Origin: Minisyncoccota bacterium
GTDB taxonomy: Bacteria; Patescibacteriota; Minisyncoccia; UBA6257; 2-01-FULL-56-20
DNA length: 64,000 bases
Reading direction: 5' to 3'
Assembly (NCBI GenBank): GCA_035509435.1
Contig: DATJLR010000007.1
Span: 65,555 to 129,554 of the forward strand
Under the pieces are notes generated by a model, which did not search any database, had not been told where the DNA came from, and saw only the letters and a list, made by a program, of their open reading frames with translations. Position 1 is the stretch's first letter. Every line of letters begins with the position of its first letter. Positions 18,287-28,388 of the stretch are shown piece after piece. The position numbers and the translations under genes were made by a program.

Positions 18287-19360
18287 TTATGTTCGCTCGA
18301 GCAGGATGCGCAGCTCGGAGGGATTGAGGGAGTACAGTTCGGCGTTGTCGAGGGTGACCTCTTTGTTCTTGATGAGGTTCACGAGCGAACGGTTGAGCGT
18401 GACCATGCCTTCCTGCAGGGACGTTTCGATGACGAGGTCGATCTGGTAGGTCTTGCGCTCGCGGATCAGGTTGCGGATGGCGGGGTTCACGATCATGATC
18501 TCCATCGCCGGGATGCGGCCGCCGGACACGCGCGGCAGGAGCCGGATGGAAATGATCGCGACGAGCGTCGCGGCGAGCTGGGACGTCACTTGCCCCTGCT
18601 GTTCCGCCGGGAACGAGTCGATGATGCGGTCGATCGTCTGCGACGCCGAGTTCGTGTGGAGCGTGGAGAGCACAAGGTGGCCCGTTTCGGACGCGGTCAT
18701 TGCGGTGCCGATCGACACCGCGTCGCGCATCTCGCCGATCATCACGACGTCCGGGTCCTGGCGCAGCACGGTGCGGAGCGCCGCATGGAAGCTCGTGGTA
18801 TCACTGCCGACCTCGCGCTGGGAGACGATGCATTTGTCCTGGGTAAAGAGATATTCCACCGGGTCCTCGATCGTGATGATGTGGTCGGTGCGGGTGTGGT
18901 TGATCTCGTCCACGATCGCGGCGAGCGTCGATGACTTGCCGTGTCCGGCGGGACCCACCACGAGCACGAATCCCTGCGAGAGCTGGGTGAAGTCGTGGAG
19001 CAGCGGCGGGAGGTTGAGCTCTTCGATCGTCTTGATGCGCGTCGGGATCAGGCGCAGCGCCGCGGCCAGGTATCCGCGCTGGAAGTACACGTTCACGCGG
19101 AAGCGCGCCTTATCGTCGAAGCTGTACGCAAAGTCCACCTGCCGCTGGGTGAGCAACTTTGCCTTCTGCTCGGGCGTGAGCAATTGGGACATGATCCCCT
19201 CCGCCGACTCCGGCGTCATGATCGCCTCCTTCTGGAGCGGGATGAGCACCCCGTCGATGCGCAGGGTCGGGCGCCGCCCCACCGCCAGGTGGAGGTCCGA
19301 TGCATTCTGCTTCGCCGCCGTCGTCAAAAGGTCGTTGAGCTGAGTCTTGTAATCATCCAT
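18287..19360 (-). CDS. pilT: Pilus retraction ATPase
   Basis: ASDLHL, GPAGHGKS, TIEDPVE, LRQDPD, TLHTN, AIRNLIRE. Confidence 0.95.
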   Translation of the reverse strand: MDDYKTQLNDLLTTAAKQNASDLHLAVGRRPTLRIDGVLIPLQKEAIMTPESAEGIMSQLLTPEQKAKLLTQRQVDFAYSFDDKARFRVNVYFQRGYLAAALRLIPTRIKTIEELNLPPLLHDFTQLSQGFVLVVGPAGHGKSSTLAAIVDEINHTRTDHIITIEDPVEYLFTQDKCIVSQREVGSDTTSFHAALRTVLRQDPDVVMIGEMRDAVSIGTAMTASETGHLVLSTLHTNSASQTIDRIIDSFPAEQQGQVTSQLAATLVAIISIRLLPRVSGGRIPAMEIMIVNPAIRNLIRERKTYQIDLVIETSLQEGMVTLNRSLVNLIKNKEVTLDNAELYSLNPSELRILLERT

Positions 19361-19412
19361 GGAATAATCTTACCACATTGCCCTTTTGTCCCCCAAATAA
19401 AGGGTCAATTTC

Positions 19413-19739
19413 TTAAGCTATTTTTAATCGCCTTCTTGGCATGATGGCCGGATGGAAAAGCAGGAGGCAAAACTCTTTTATTCGCAAATCGGACACGTTC
19501 ATATGGGGAACTGAGGCAATATTGGCAGTGATCACTTGGGAGCTGTCCACAGTGATGTCCAAATAAGTGCTATTTGTGATGGAAAAGGTAGAACTAGTGC
19601 CACTGGTCGTGCCGGGAAGAGTGGGGATGGATTGGGCGCTTGCTCTGGGCGTAAAACTAATGAAAAGAAAACCGCCAAGCAGGGCGGCGGAAAAAATTAG
19701 GAAGCGGGCTGAGTAATCGACTAGAAATCGTTGTCTCAT
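19413..19739 (-). pseudogene. Truncated N-terminus of a secreted protein
   Basis: Signal peptide plus Ser/Thr-rich start, then a low-quality tail; a degraded second copy lies at ~21650-21790. Confidence 0.5.
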
Positions 19740-19795
19740 AGAATGCTTTCATAATACCACCTCCATAGCCCAACCCGCTCAAATTTGTGGATAAC

Positions 19796-20815
19796 TCAGG
19801 GAATTGTATATGTACTTGTAGCTCCCGACGGAAGAGTATATTGCAATTCTGAATCAGAAAGCCATAGAGGATGATAGTAATAAGTTGGATCGGTGGTGGT
19901 GGTGACAAGATAGTTTTGCCCAGTAAGGAGATTGTAAATATAGAAAGAGGTAATTTGGCCTGCTTGCTGAGCTTGATCGCGATATTCCTGATCGATCTGG
20001 GAATCTGCGGTCCATGGAGCAACATTAGTTTCGTAGGTTGTCATACCTACATCGGGATTAAGAGCATCGCCGCCCATGGTGGTGTGGGGAGCTGAGAACA
20101 CTTGATAAGACCAGTTTGATGTGTCGATACGCAGAAAACCTAAAGTGTCTGCTTCATCATTAGAATCAAACCATAGATATCTTCCATCATGACTCCATCC
20201 TCCGTTTTCAAGATCGAAATTCACGATTGTATTCGATTCTTGCTCCGGGATTTGGGAAAGAGACAGGGAAAAAACAATATTATCGTTACTTAGGTCGTAG
20301 ACCTCCAAAGAGGGCATCGTCGAAGTTGTTAAAAAGGAAACTGCGGCCATCATGGTTTGGCTTGAATTCACCCTGAAATCCTCAGCAGTGCCTATTTCTT
20401 GACTGTTGCCGCTGTAATCATATTTCCATACTTGGATGTTAAAATTGGGCAGCACCTTCCCATGAACATAATCATAATTAAATTCTCGCATCACATAAAA
20501 ATTACACGAGTATAATTCGATGGGATGATAACTGGGGAATAGATCATTTATAATAAAAGAGGAATTGGCATTGTTCGCTTTATCTTCAATAGTAATTTTT
20601 ATTGTATCGGTAGATGTGAGGGGGGTGTTAATAGAATAGCTTGCCGACTCGTCGCCTGAAAGGCATCCAGTTGTCGTAGAGGAGCTAGCTACATTCGCGA
20701 CCACTCCAGATGGCGAAGTCGAAGCTGGGGATAAATAATGGCGAAAGACAATGAGAGTTAAGGCTACGATGGTTATAACTATGCACGACACTATAATCCA
20801 AAATCTTCTGCTCAT
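19796..20815 (-). CDS. Hypothetical membrane-anchored protein, beta-propeller-like
   Basis: N-terminal TM helix; WSHDGRYLWF and PLWLSD (TolB/WD-like); AT-rich. Confidence 0.65.
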   Translation of the reverse strand: MSRRFWIIVSCIVITIVALTLIVFRHYLSPASTSPSGVVANVASSSTTTGCLSGDESASYSINTPLTSTDTIKITIEDKANNANSSFIINDLFPSYHPIELYSCNFYVMREFNYDYVHGKVLPNFNIQVWKYDYSGNSQEIGTAEDFRVNSSQTMMAAVSFLTTSTMPSLEVYDLSNDNIVFSLSLSQIPEQESNTIVNFDLENGGWSHDGRYLWFDSNDEADTLGFLRIDTSNWSYQVFSAPHTTMGGDALNPDVGMTTYETNVAPWTADSQIDQEYRDQAQQAGQITSFYIYNLLTGQNYLVTTTTDPTYYYHPLWLSDSELQYTLPSGATSTYTIP

Positions 20816-20851
20816 CTTCTAATCCTAACACATTGATTTTTGCATCCGCCC

Positions 20852-21262
20852 CTATCCGGAAAAGAATATATTGCCATCAAGATTTTGAGCATAGGCAGCA
20901 ACGTTCGGCGTATACCCGCTCGAACCTCCCGCGCCTATACCCGCCCCGTCATGCCCCGCGTAGTAAATGGTACAAGTAAGCACACAACCGCTTCCATCCC
21001 AACTTTCCGATCCATTTGAGGGAGATAAGCCACCCTCTCCAATAGAGGACGTTGCATAGTAAGTTGCAAAATTTATATTCGTGTTAAATCCGCCACCATA
21101 TGAAGCAATGATTTCCGTCCCGCTTGCGGTTAGAGTTCCCCAGGTTGAATATGAAGAATATCCATCCGGAGGAAGACTCAGAGAGGTACTCGCTGCAAAA
21201 GAAAAGTGTGGGAGTAAGAATATCCCTAATCCTATTGCTAAGATGAAAATATATTTTTTCAT
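20852..21262 (-). CDS. Short secreted protein, possibly a truncated larger protein
   Basis: Signal peptide MKKYIF...SFAAS; Gly/Ser-rich. Confidence 0.55.
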   Translation of the reverse strand: MKKYIFILAIGLGIFLLPHFSFAASTSLSLPPDGYSSYSTWGTLTASGTEIIASYGGGFNTNINFATYYATSSIGEGGLSPSNGSESWDGSGCVLTCTIYYAGHDGAGIGAGGSSGYTPNVAAYAQNLDGNIFFSG

Positions 21263-21304
21263 GGGTTGTTTTGTAATGTTTTTTCGGCTTAGATCTTAAA
21301 AAAT

Positions 21305-21652
21305 TTAAAGATTCGAAAAAACCAGAAGCCAAAAAATGAGGTATAAAAGTAATGGCACTAAAATAAAGCCAATTGCTAAAAATACCCATACAAGCCACCG
21401 CTTTTTTGTATGCCACCATTTTTGAAAAGCAGGTACAATAATCCAAAATCCTGAGACGCCAATGAGTATTAAAACTATTGCTACAGACATTACAAAAATA
21501 AAAAATGTCCCGGATACGTTCGCATAGGTAGCGTAAATGCCATTCGCTTCAGCTAGGATACAGCCTAAAATTAGTAATATAATTCCGGCTGATACATTTA
21601 CCGCTGTCCGCCATCCTTTCGGAACTATTTTTGAATCCTCATTTACCTTCAT
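21305..21652 (-). CDS. Hypothetical 3-TM membrane protein
   Basis: Three hydrophobic segments; AT-rich. Confidence 0.6.
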   Translation of the reverse strand: MKVNEDSKIVPKGWRTAVNVSAGIILLILGCILAEANGIYATYANVSGTFFIFVMSVAIVLILIGVSGFWIIVPAFQKWWHTKKRWLVWVFLAIGFILVPLLLYLIFWLLVFSNL

Positions 21653-21805
21653 ATTGTTCTGGTTTCAAAAACCGCCAATTGGAATGGCGGCGATAAAAAT
21701 AGATGGGGGGCTATGCGCTCGACTAGGAATCGTTGCCTCATTGGAATGCCTTCAGTATACCAACATTCCCAATCTACACCTGTGGATAACCCCGAAATCG
21801 GTGTC

Positions 21806-23231
21806 CTACCGTGTTTCGAACAATGCCAGATATGGTCCAATATATAGTTGCTGCACCGCGCGATGGAACGGTTGGGCTACCGCTAACTTGCTCAGATCGG
21901 CAGTGGGAACAACAAGAAAGTTTGAACTAGCCGGAAGCTCGCCTGGATTCTGGATAGAACTAACGTTTGTGCCGCTATAAAACATGATGGTATTCCCCGG
22001 CACCCAGTCGTAAAGAAAAATGTCCTTCTGGGAATCTTGGGCATTAATAAGAAGTCCGACGGTCTTTTCATCCGACAGATAGCCGAGGTATTGCGGCACC
22101 TGGAAGAAGGCAGTATTTATGGTATTCCAAAAACCAATGACTAAAATACCGCAACAGGCAAGGGCCAAGATGGTGGTTTTGAATTGCCGTGGCACACGAT
22201 CAACCAATCCGAACAGAACTGCACCGACAAAGATAAGCGCAAACGGGAATATGGGTAGAAGATATGTGAATATTTTTGTGCGTGCGGCGAGAAACATCGC
22301 AAAGATGATCATCGTCGACAAGAAACCGAACCACACGATCTTTTTTTTTCTGATCGCTTTTTCCCATAAAAAACAGCGATACAATTGCAGCGAGGAATAG
22401 AACGGTCCACGGCTGGACCTGCGACCAGAGCGCCTCCAAATAATCAAGGGACGTAAGCGGCTGGTCCCCAGGCGACTGTGTCCCTCGATTAAACACTTGC
22501 TGAACGATATAGCTCTGCCAAAATGCGGGTCCGTAGTGGATCGTCTCATAGATCGGCCACGGCAGGATGATAAGCAGCATCAACCCCAACCCGATAAGAA
22601 AATATTTATTTTGGGTCCAAGCCCACTTCTTATAAAGAATGCTCAAAATCACCATGGGGATGAAAGCAAGGAGGCCGATCACGCTCTTCGTCATAAATCC
22701 CACACCGATGCCGATTCCCACACCTAAAAGCCATTTTGCATGTCCGGGTTTAGTCCCCCTAATAAAACACCAAGTGGCGAAAAGGATCGCGGCGATGGTC
22801 GCTACATCCATCCTTACTTGCCGCGCAAACACGAAGAACGGCGCCACGGCAAGAAGCGATATGCCACAGAAGAACGACAACCATACATCCTCCGAAAGTT
22901 CCCAAACGATCAGAAAAAGAAATGCTACCGCAAGAATATTAAAAAACGCTGATGGAATTCGAATGGCAAATTCCGAAGCTCCAAAGAATTTCATGCTTAA
23001 AGCAACAAGCCAGATATAAAGCGGTGGTTTCTCAAACCAGTTGGTGCCGCCGTATTGAAGCGTCATCCAACTGCCATGCGCCAGCACATTCTGTGCTATC
23101 TGGGCATAGGTCGCTTCGTCGTAATCGGCAAGCGGAAGCCTGCCGAGCTGAAAAAAAGTGAAAACCATTGCGACTACGACCAGAACCAAAAAGAGGATGG
23201 CCCAAAGTTTTTTTCGAGAGGGAATGGGCAT
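21806..23231 (-). pseudogene. ArnT/PMT-family (GT-C) glycosyltransferase split by a one-base frameshift
   Basis: DYDEATY, WFEKPPLYIW, RMDV and MTKS in ORF 22200-23231; the C-terminal half (TKIFTYLLP) is in ORF 21806-22549; A9 run at 22341-22349, and A8 would fuse the frames into ~474 aa. Confidence 0.75.
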
Positions 23232-23243
23232 TCAGTTTGTTCC

Positions 23244-24962
23244 CTACCCTTCCTCCGTCTCTCTTATGATCTCCTCGATCGGCACGCTTCCCTTCAGCGC
23301 CTTCACGATGCCGTCCTGGCGGAGCGAGATCATGCCCTGCGCCTTTGCCTGCGCGGTGATCTTTTGCGTGGTGGCGCCGCTGCTCACGATGTTCTCGATC
23401 TCCTTCGTGATGAGGAACGCCTCGTAGATGCCGGTGCGGCCGACGACGCCGCGGCCCTTGCACGTGGCGCAGCCCTTGGCGTGATAGATCTGGTACGGCG
23501 GCTTGAACTCTGCGGCCACCTCCGCCGGCAGGCCGGCGAGCGAACGCTTGATGATCTCCTGCACCTCCGGGGCCGCCTCTTCCGGCGCTTTGCAATCCGG
23601 GCAGAGCACGCCCACCAGGCGCTGTGCGATCACCAAGCTTACCGACACCGGGATCAGGAACGGCTCCACCTTCATGTCGATGAGGCGCGGGATGACGCCG
23701 GCGCTGTTATTGGTGTGCAATGTGCTGAGCACGACGTGGCCGGTGAGCGCCGCCTGCACGGCAAGGCCCGCGGTCTCGTTGTCGCGGATCTCGCCGACCA
23801 TGATCACGTCCGGGTCCTGGCGGAGGATCTGGCGCAGCCCCGACGCGAAGTCGTAGCCGATCTCCGGCCGCACCTGCGACTGGTTGATGCCGCTCACGAA
23901 ATATTCCACCGGGTCCTCGAGCGAAACGATGTTCACGTCCTCGGTGTTGAGGTCCTGCAGGAACGCGTAGAGCGTCGTCGTCTTGCCGGAACCGGTCGGG
24001 CCCGTGATGAGCACCATGCCGAACGGGCGGTTCAGGCCTTCTTTGATGACGGCGCGCGTCGGCGGCAGGAGGTCCAGGCTCTCGAAGTTCTTGAGGCCGG
24101 TGGTCGGGTCAAGCACGCGGATCGCGATCTTTTCGCCGAGCGGCGTGGGAAACGTGGCGACGCGGAAGTCGATGTCGCGGTCGAAGATCTTGGCGCGGAA
24201 GCGGCCGTCCTGCGGCACGCGCGTCTCGTCGATCTTTAAGCTGGAAATGACCTTGACGCGCGATGTGACCGGCTGGGCGAGCTCCACCGGAAGCGACGCC
24301 ACCTCGTGCAGATCGCCGTCGATGCGCAGGCGGATGCGGAGCGAGCGCTGCTGCGGTTCAATGTGCACGTCGGATGCTTTGCTCAAGACCGCTTCTTTGA
24401 ACGTGTCGGCGACGATCTTGATGATCGGCGCGTCGGCGCTGTCGCCGCCGGAGAGTTCCACTGCCTGCTGGCCGCCGCCGCCCTCTTTTATATTCAGTCC
24501 GCGCACCGCCGCTTCGATCTCCGTGCGATACGGCGAATATTTGCGGAGCACGGCCTGAAGATCGCCGTACGAGATCAGGTATACGCCGAGATTGATGTGG
24601 TTCTGCCGCGCGATGAACTTGATCGCATCCTGCGCTTTCACGTCGTCCGGATGCAGCATGCCGATCACGAGGAGTCCGTCCTGCAGGCTGATCGGGACAA
24701 GCTGGTAGGTGCGCGCCGTCTCTTCCGGAATGAGCCCCATCAGTTGGTCGTTCAGCATGGTGGGGTCGATCTTCTTGTACGGCACCTTGAGCAGCTCGCT
24801 CTTGAGCGCCACCATCTGCTCGTCGGGGACCAGGCGCTCGCGGCCGATGATCGTCTCCGGCGGATCGCCGCTCACGATCGCGTCGCGCTTGAGCCGCGTG
24901 GCGACCGATTCGTTTATCAGCCCGCGGCTCTGCAGTTGTTGGATCAGCTCATCATTCGTCAT
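23244..24962 (-). CDS. pilB: Pilus assembly ATPase (PilB/GspE)
   Basis: ASDVHIEP, PQDGR, GPTGSGKTTTLY, LRQDPD, CxxC...CxxC. Confidence 0.95.
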   Translation of the reverse strand: MTNDELIQQLQSRGLINESVATRLKRDAIVSGDPPETIIGRERLVPDEQMVALKSELLKVPYKKIDPTMLNDQLMGLIPEETARTYQLVPISLQDGLLVIGMLHPDDVKAQDAIKFIARQNHINLGVYLISYGDLQAVLRKYSPYRTEIEAAVRGLNIKEGGGGQQAVELSGGDSADAPIIKIVADTFKEAVLSKASDVHIEPQQRSLRIRLRIDGDLHEVASLPVELAQPVTSRVKVISSLKIDETRVPQDGRFRAKIFDRDIDFRVATFPTPLGEKIAIRVLDPTTGLKNFESLDLLPPTRAVIKEGLNRPFGMVLITGPTGSGKTTTLYAFLQDLNTEDVNIVSLEDPVEYFVSGINQSQVRPEIGYDFASGLRQILRQDPDVIMVGEIRDNETAGLAVQAALTGHVVLSTLHTNNSAGVIPRLIDMKVEPFLIPVSVSLVIAQRLVGVLCPDCKAPEEAAPEVQEIIKRSLAGLPAEVAAEFKPPYQIYHAKGCATCKGRGVVGRTGIYEAFLITKEIENIVSSGATTQKITAQAKAQGMISLRQDGIVKALKGSVPIEEIIRETEEG

Positions 24963-25033
24963 GTCTTCATTCTACCATGTTGGCAAAAAGAAACCCTCTG
25001 CTGTTTTGCGAGAGGGGTTCCTTTTTTGCGATG

Positions 25034-25333
25034 CTATGGAGAAACGAACGGGTTCGGCCGGCCTACGGCTGCCGGGCCCTGCGGCGTCGGCGGCGGAATG
25101 GTGGATTTGAGCGCTTCGAATGCGGCTCCCTGCACAACGGTCTGCGGCTGGAGCGAAAGCTGGGTTATGGGCGCGATAGTGCCGATGGTCCCGTTCGAAG
25201 GGATCGTCACGAGCTGCGGCTGCGCGAAGAATATATAGTAGACGGCTGCGGCGGCGACCACGAAGAACACGAGCCACCCGAAGATGCCCCACAGATTGCC
25301 TTTTTTGCCGCTTTCTTCAACGATGATCGCCAT
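25034..25333 (-). CDS. Small bitopic protein in the PilP position
   Basis: One TM helix, C-terminal GRPNPF; follows pilO. Confidence 0.6.
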   Translation of the reverse strand: MAIIVEESGKKGNLWGIFGWLVFFVVAAAAVYYIFFAQPQLVTIPSNGTIGTIAPITQLSLQPQTVVQGAAFEALKSTIPPPTPQGPAAVGRPNPFVSP

Positions 25334-25335
25334 GG

Positions 25336-25977
25336 TTATGGTGCCTGATAATAGGTTACGACCGTTATGGTGTAGTTGAACGAATCCGGGTTGAGCGTCT
25401 GCCCTTTTACGGGAGTGACGCCGGTGTCGCTGGGCTGGAATGTTATTGCGGTCACATCAAAGAGGCGGATGTTCGATTCCAATCCCTGGAGAAAGCTCTT
25501 CAGCGATTCGTAACTGCCGGACGCCGTCACCTGGAACGAGACCGTGCCCAGCGGCTTTACGATGGAACCGCCCGTGGCCGCGTCCGCGATCCCTCCGCTC
25601 GTCGTCCCGTCATCCGACGGCGCCTGTTCCTGCACGGCCTGGAGCGAGACCGCCGTGCCCTGTATCGTAACGCCCGTGTTCGCCCCGATCCCGTATATCT
25701 GCGCGAGCGCGCCCGCGACGTCGGGCCCCACCGGCAGCGACATCGCGACAAGCTGGCTCGACGAAGAATCGCTTTGATAGCTGGCAAGCAGCCCTTTTAT
25801 CTGGGTCGCCACCTGCGTCTCGTTCTGATACAGCACATTCTCGCTCTCTGCCTGCCCCTTGACGCTTTCGAGGTTCGTATACGCGGGGACGATGAGCTCA
25901 AAATAAACGACGAGCGCGCCCGCGATGAGCAGCGTTGCGAGAAGGATGCTGGTAAGCCGTTTGCTTTCCTGTTTCAT
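25336..25977 (-). CDS. pilO: Type IV pilus alignment protein PilO-like
   Basis: TM plus coiled coil plus GSYESLKSFLQGLESNIRLFDV. Confidence 0.8.
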   Translation of the reverse strand: MKQESKRLTSILLATLLIAGALVVYFELIVPAYTNLESVKGQAESENVLYQNETQVATQIKGLLASYQSDSSSSQLVAMSLPVGPDVAGALAQIYGIGANTGVTIQGTAVSLQAVQEQAPSDDGTTSGGIADAATGGSIVKPLGTVSFQVTASGSYESLKSFLQGLESNIRLFDVTAITFQPSDTGVTPVKGQTLNPDSFNYTITVVTYYQAP

Positions 25978-25978
25978 A

Positions 25979-26542
25979 TTATTGGCTTGTCTCGGACATT
26001 ACGGAAGGATTTACGATGAGGGTGATGTTAAAGCTCCATCCGGTCTGGCCGAGCTCGGGAGCGTTCACGCCCGTGACATCGACGGACGAGACCTCGGGAG
26101 AATTCTCGAATATCGCGATCTGCTGGTTTACATCCGCCTCGGACGCCGCTGTCCCCACAAGGACCACCTGGTTGCCGGACTGGAGAGAGAACGAACGATA
26201 GTAGACGTTCGCCTCCGTATTCTGCTCAAGCCACGAGAAGAGCTGCGACGAAAGCACGTGGCTCTGGAGCAGCGTCTGGAGGTTCGCGATCTGCGAATAG
26301 AAATTTATCAGCTGCGTCTGGTCCGTCGGCGAGATGGACTGGTTCAGCGCGCTCACCTTGTTCTGTGTCGCCGTAAGCTGGGACTGCAGGTACGGTTCAT
26401 ACCCGAACGCAAGGCCGCAATAGATGATGATGGCGAAGAAAAGGAGCCCTCCGGAAAAGAGGAGCGCGCCCGGCGCAAAGCCGGTCGTCCCGGAGGAGGG
26501 CTCCCGTCCTAATTGCTCTATTACTTTTTCTGGAAGAGGCAT
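25979..26542 (-). CDS. pilN: Type IV pilus alignment protein PilN-like
   Basis: TM plus coiled coil, located between pilM and pilO. Confidence 0.7.
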   Translation of the reverse strand: MPLPEKVIEQLGREPSSGTTGFAPGALLFSGGLLFFAIIIYCGLAFGYEPYLQSQLTATQNKVSALNQSISPTDQTQLINFYSQIANLQTLLQSHVLSSQLFSWLEQNTEANVYYRSFSLQSGNQVVLVGTAASEADVNQQIAIFENSPEVSSVDVTGVNAPELGQTGWSFNITLIVNPSVMSETSQ

Positions 26543-26547
26543 TGGTG

Positions 26548-27624
26548 TTATACGAATTCCTTCATGCCGAGGCCGAGTACGACGGTCATCGGCGCATCAA
26601 GCTCGGGCAGGAACGGCGCGATCGCATCCGGATATTCGAACCGCGAGAACGGCGAAGCCTTCACCACCGGGACCTCGAACTGCTTCTCAAAATATTTCTC
26701 GATGCCGGAGAGATTGGCTCCGCCCCCGGCAAGGACGACACGCTCCGCCTGCATCGCCGTAGGATACTGCTGATGGTAGGTATACGTCTCCTTTTTCACT
26801 TCATTAATTATAGCATCAAGAAACGGCATCATTATTGTGGACAACTCATAGTTGGGTCCGGTGCCCAATATCCCCCGCTCCTTTTTGAGCTCTTCCGCGC
26901 GCAGCGGATTGATCCCCAGGCTTGACGCGAGCGCCTGCGTGAGCGACGCGGCGGCAATATCGCTCTGCGCGCTCCAGGCAAGGACGCCCTTTTCCATGAA
27001 GATGATATTCGTGGACCGGGAGCCGATGTCCACTATTATGGTGGGCGTCGGGTCGTTTGCGAAGATCCGCGCGACGGAAAGCGATTCGATCTCGAGGGCG
27101 CGCAGCCGGAGGCCGGCCGCCGCGAACATGCGCTGGTATTTCTTGATCTGCTCCTGCGGCACGGAGATGAGCAATATTTTCTGGTGCGCGAATCCTTTAT
27201 CGTCCTGATAGTCGCCGACCTTCATCCAGTCGAGCGCCACCTCGTCGAGCGGCATCGGCACGTATTGCTTTGCCTGATACACGAGCGCCTTCGCGATGTC
27301 CTTTGCCTCCATCGCCGGGAAGTCCACCAGCGTCATGAAGACATCGAATGGCGGGAGGGACGCGACCGCGTCGCGAGTGTTCGTGCCGAGCTCTTTCACG
27401 AGCGCCTTCAGAAGCGCCACTGCGTCCTCTTCGAATATCTTAAGCCCGCTTGTCTGGAGCGCCTGGTTGGCGCGCGCGAGATATCCGCTCGATTCCAATA
27501 TGCCGTAATTCACGACGCGCGGCGCTTTCTTTCCCGCGGCGATCTCCGCCGCCTTTATGGAGGTCGTACCGATATCGATGCCGAGATAGGATTCTGACCT
27601 GAAGAATGAGAAAGGGTTGTTCAT
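26548..27624 (-). CDS. pilM: Type IV pilus actin-like protein
   Basis: GIDIGTTSIK, VDIGSRST, LAGGGANL. Confidence 0.92.
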   Translation of the reverse strand: MNNPFSFFRSESYLGIDIGTTSIKAAEIAAGKKAPRVVNYGILESSGYLARANQALQTSGLKIFEEDAVALLKALVKELGTNTRDAVASLPPFDVFMTLVDFPAMEAKDIAKALVYQAKQYVPMPLDEVALDWMKVGDYQDDKGFAHQKILLISVPQEQIKKYQRMFAAAGLRLRALEIESLSVARIFANDPTPTIIVDIGSRSTNIIFMEKGVLAWSAQSDIAAASLTQALASSLGINPLRAEELKKERGILGTGPNYELSTIMMPFLDAIINEVKKETYTYHQQYPTAMQAERVVLAGGGANLSGIEKYFEKQFEVPVVKASPFSRFEYPDAIAPFLPELDAPMTVVLGLGMKEFV

Positions 27625-27689
27625 ATGCCGTGAGGCAGGTCCGCGCCGTTTAAGATCCTTTTAATGCGTGTTGTTGTATATATGATACC

Positions 27690-28376
27690 ATGAACATCAA
27701 TTTCTTCGGAGACATTTTCTTTCCGCCGTCGTGCGTCGCCTGCGGCGATTCCCTCCCGAGCGGCGCGCTCTGCGCCGGGTGCCGGCAGGGCGTCGCGATC
27801 TTCGATACGCTCTTCTGCGGCACCTGTGCCGCGCGCCTGCCGGACCAGAAGAAGGTCTGCCATAAGGACGCGCCGTATCTCCTGGGCGCGGCGGCCTCGT
27901 ACGACGACGAGCCCCTCCGCGCGGCCATCCACGCGCTCAAATTCCAGGGGATCAAGACGGCCGCCGCGCCCATCGCGGACATCCTCGCCTCTTACGTCGC
28001 GCGCGCGGGCATCGATCTCGCGGGCTTCACCATGGCTCCCGTCCCCCTCTCCGCCGAGCGCCGCCGCGCGCGCGGTTTCAACCAGTCCGCGCTCATCGCG
28101 CGGCCGCTCGCAAAAGCGCTCGCGCTGCCGTTCGAAGAGCATCTTCTCGCCCGCATCACCCACCGCAAGCCGCAAAGTGACACCGAAGACATCTTCGAGC
28201 GGCGCCTGAACGTGCAAGGGTGCTTCGTTCTCGCGCCCGGCGCGTCGGCGCACAATAAAACCATCGTCCTTGTGGACGATGTTGTGACCTCCGGCACCAC
28301 TTTCGCCGAATGCGCCCGCGTCCTCAAGGCCGCCGGCGCCAAAAAGATCCTTGCCCTCGCCGCCGCGAAAGCGTAA
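27690..28376 (+). CDS. comF: Competence protein ComF (Zn ribbon plus PRTase)
   Basis: CxxC repeats, RGFNQS, LVDDVVTSGTT. Confidence 0.92.
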   Translation: MNINFFGDIFFPPSCVACGDSLPSGALCAGCRQGVAIFDTLFCGTCAARLPDQKKVCHKDAPYLLGAAASYDDEPLRAAIHALKFQGIKTAAAPIADILASYVARAGIDLAGFTMAPVPLSAERRRARGFNQSALIARPLAKALALPFEEHLLARITHRKPQSDTEDIFERRLNVQGCFVLAPGASAHNKTIVLVDDVVTSGTTFAECARVLKAAGAKKILALAAAKA

Positions 28377-28388
28377 GCGATGGCGTCC

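Noticed and set aside
14949-18934. Long plus-strand ORFs (519 aa, 541 aa) over the pil genes; likewise 50115-51959, 54484-55440 and 60275-61252
   Set aside because: Antisense shadow frames of GC-rich genes, with no recognisable motifs
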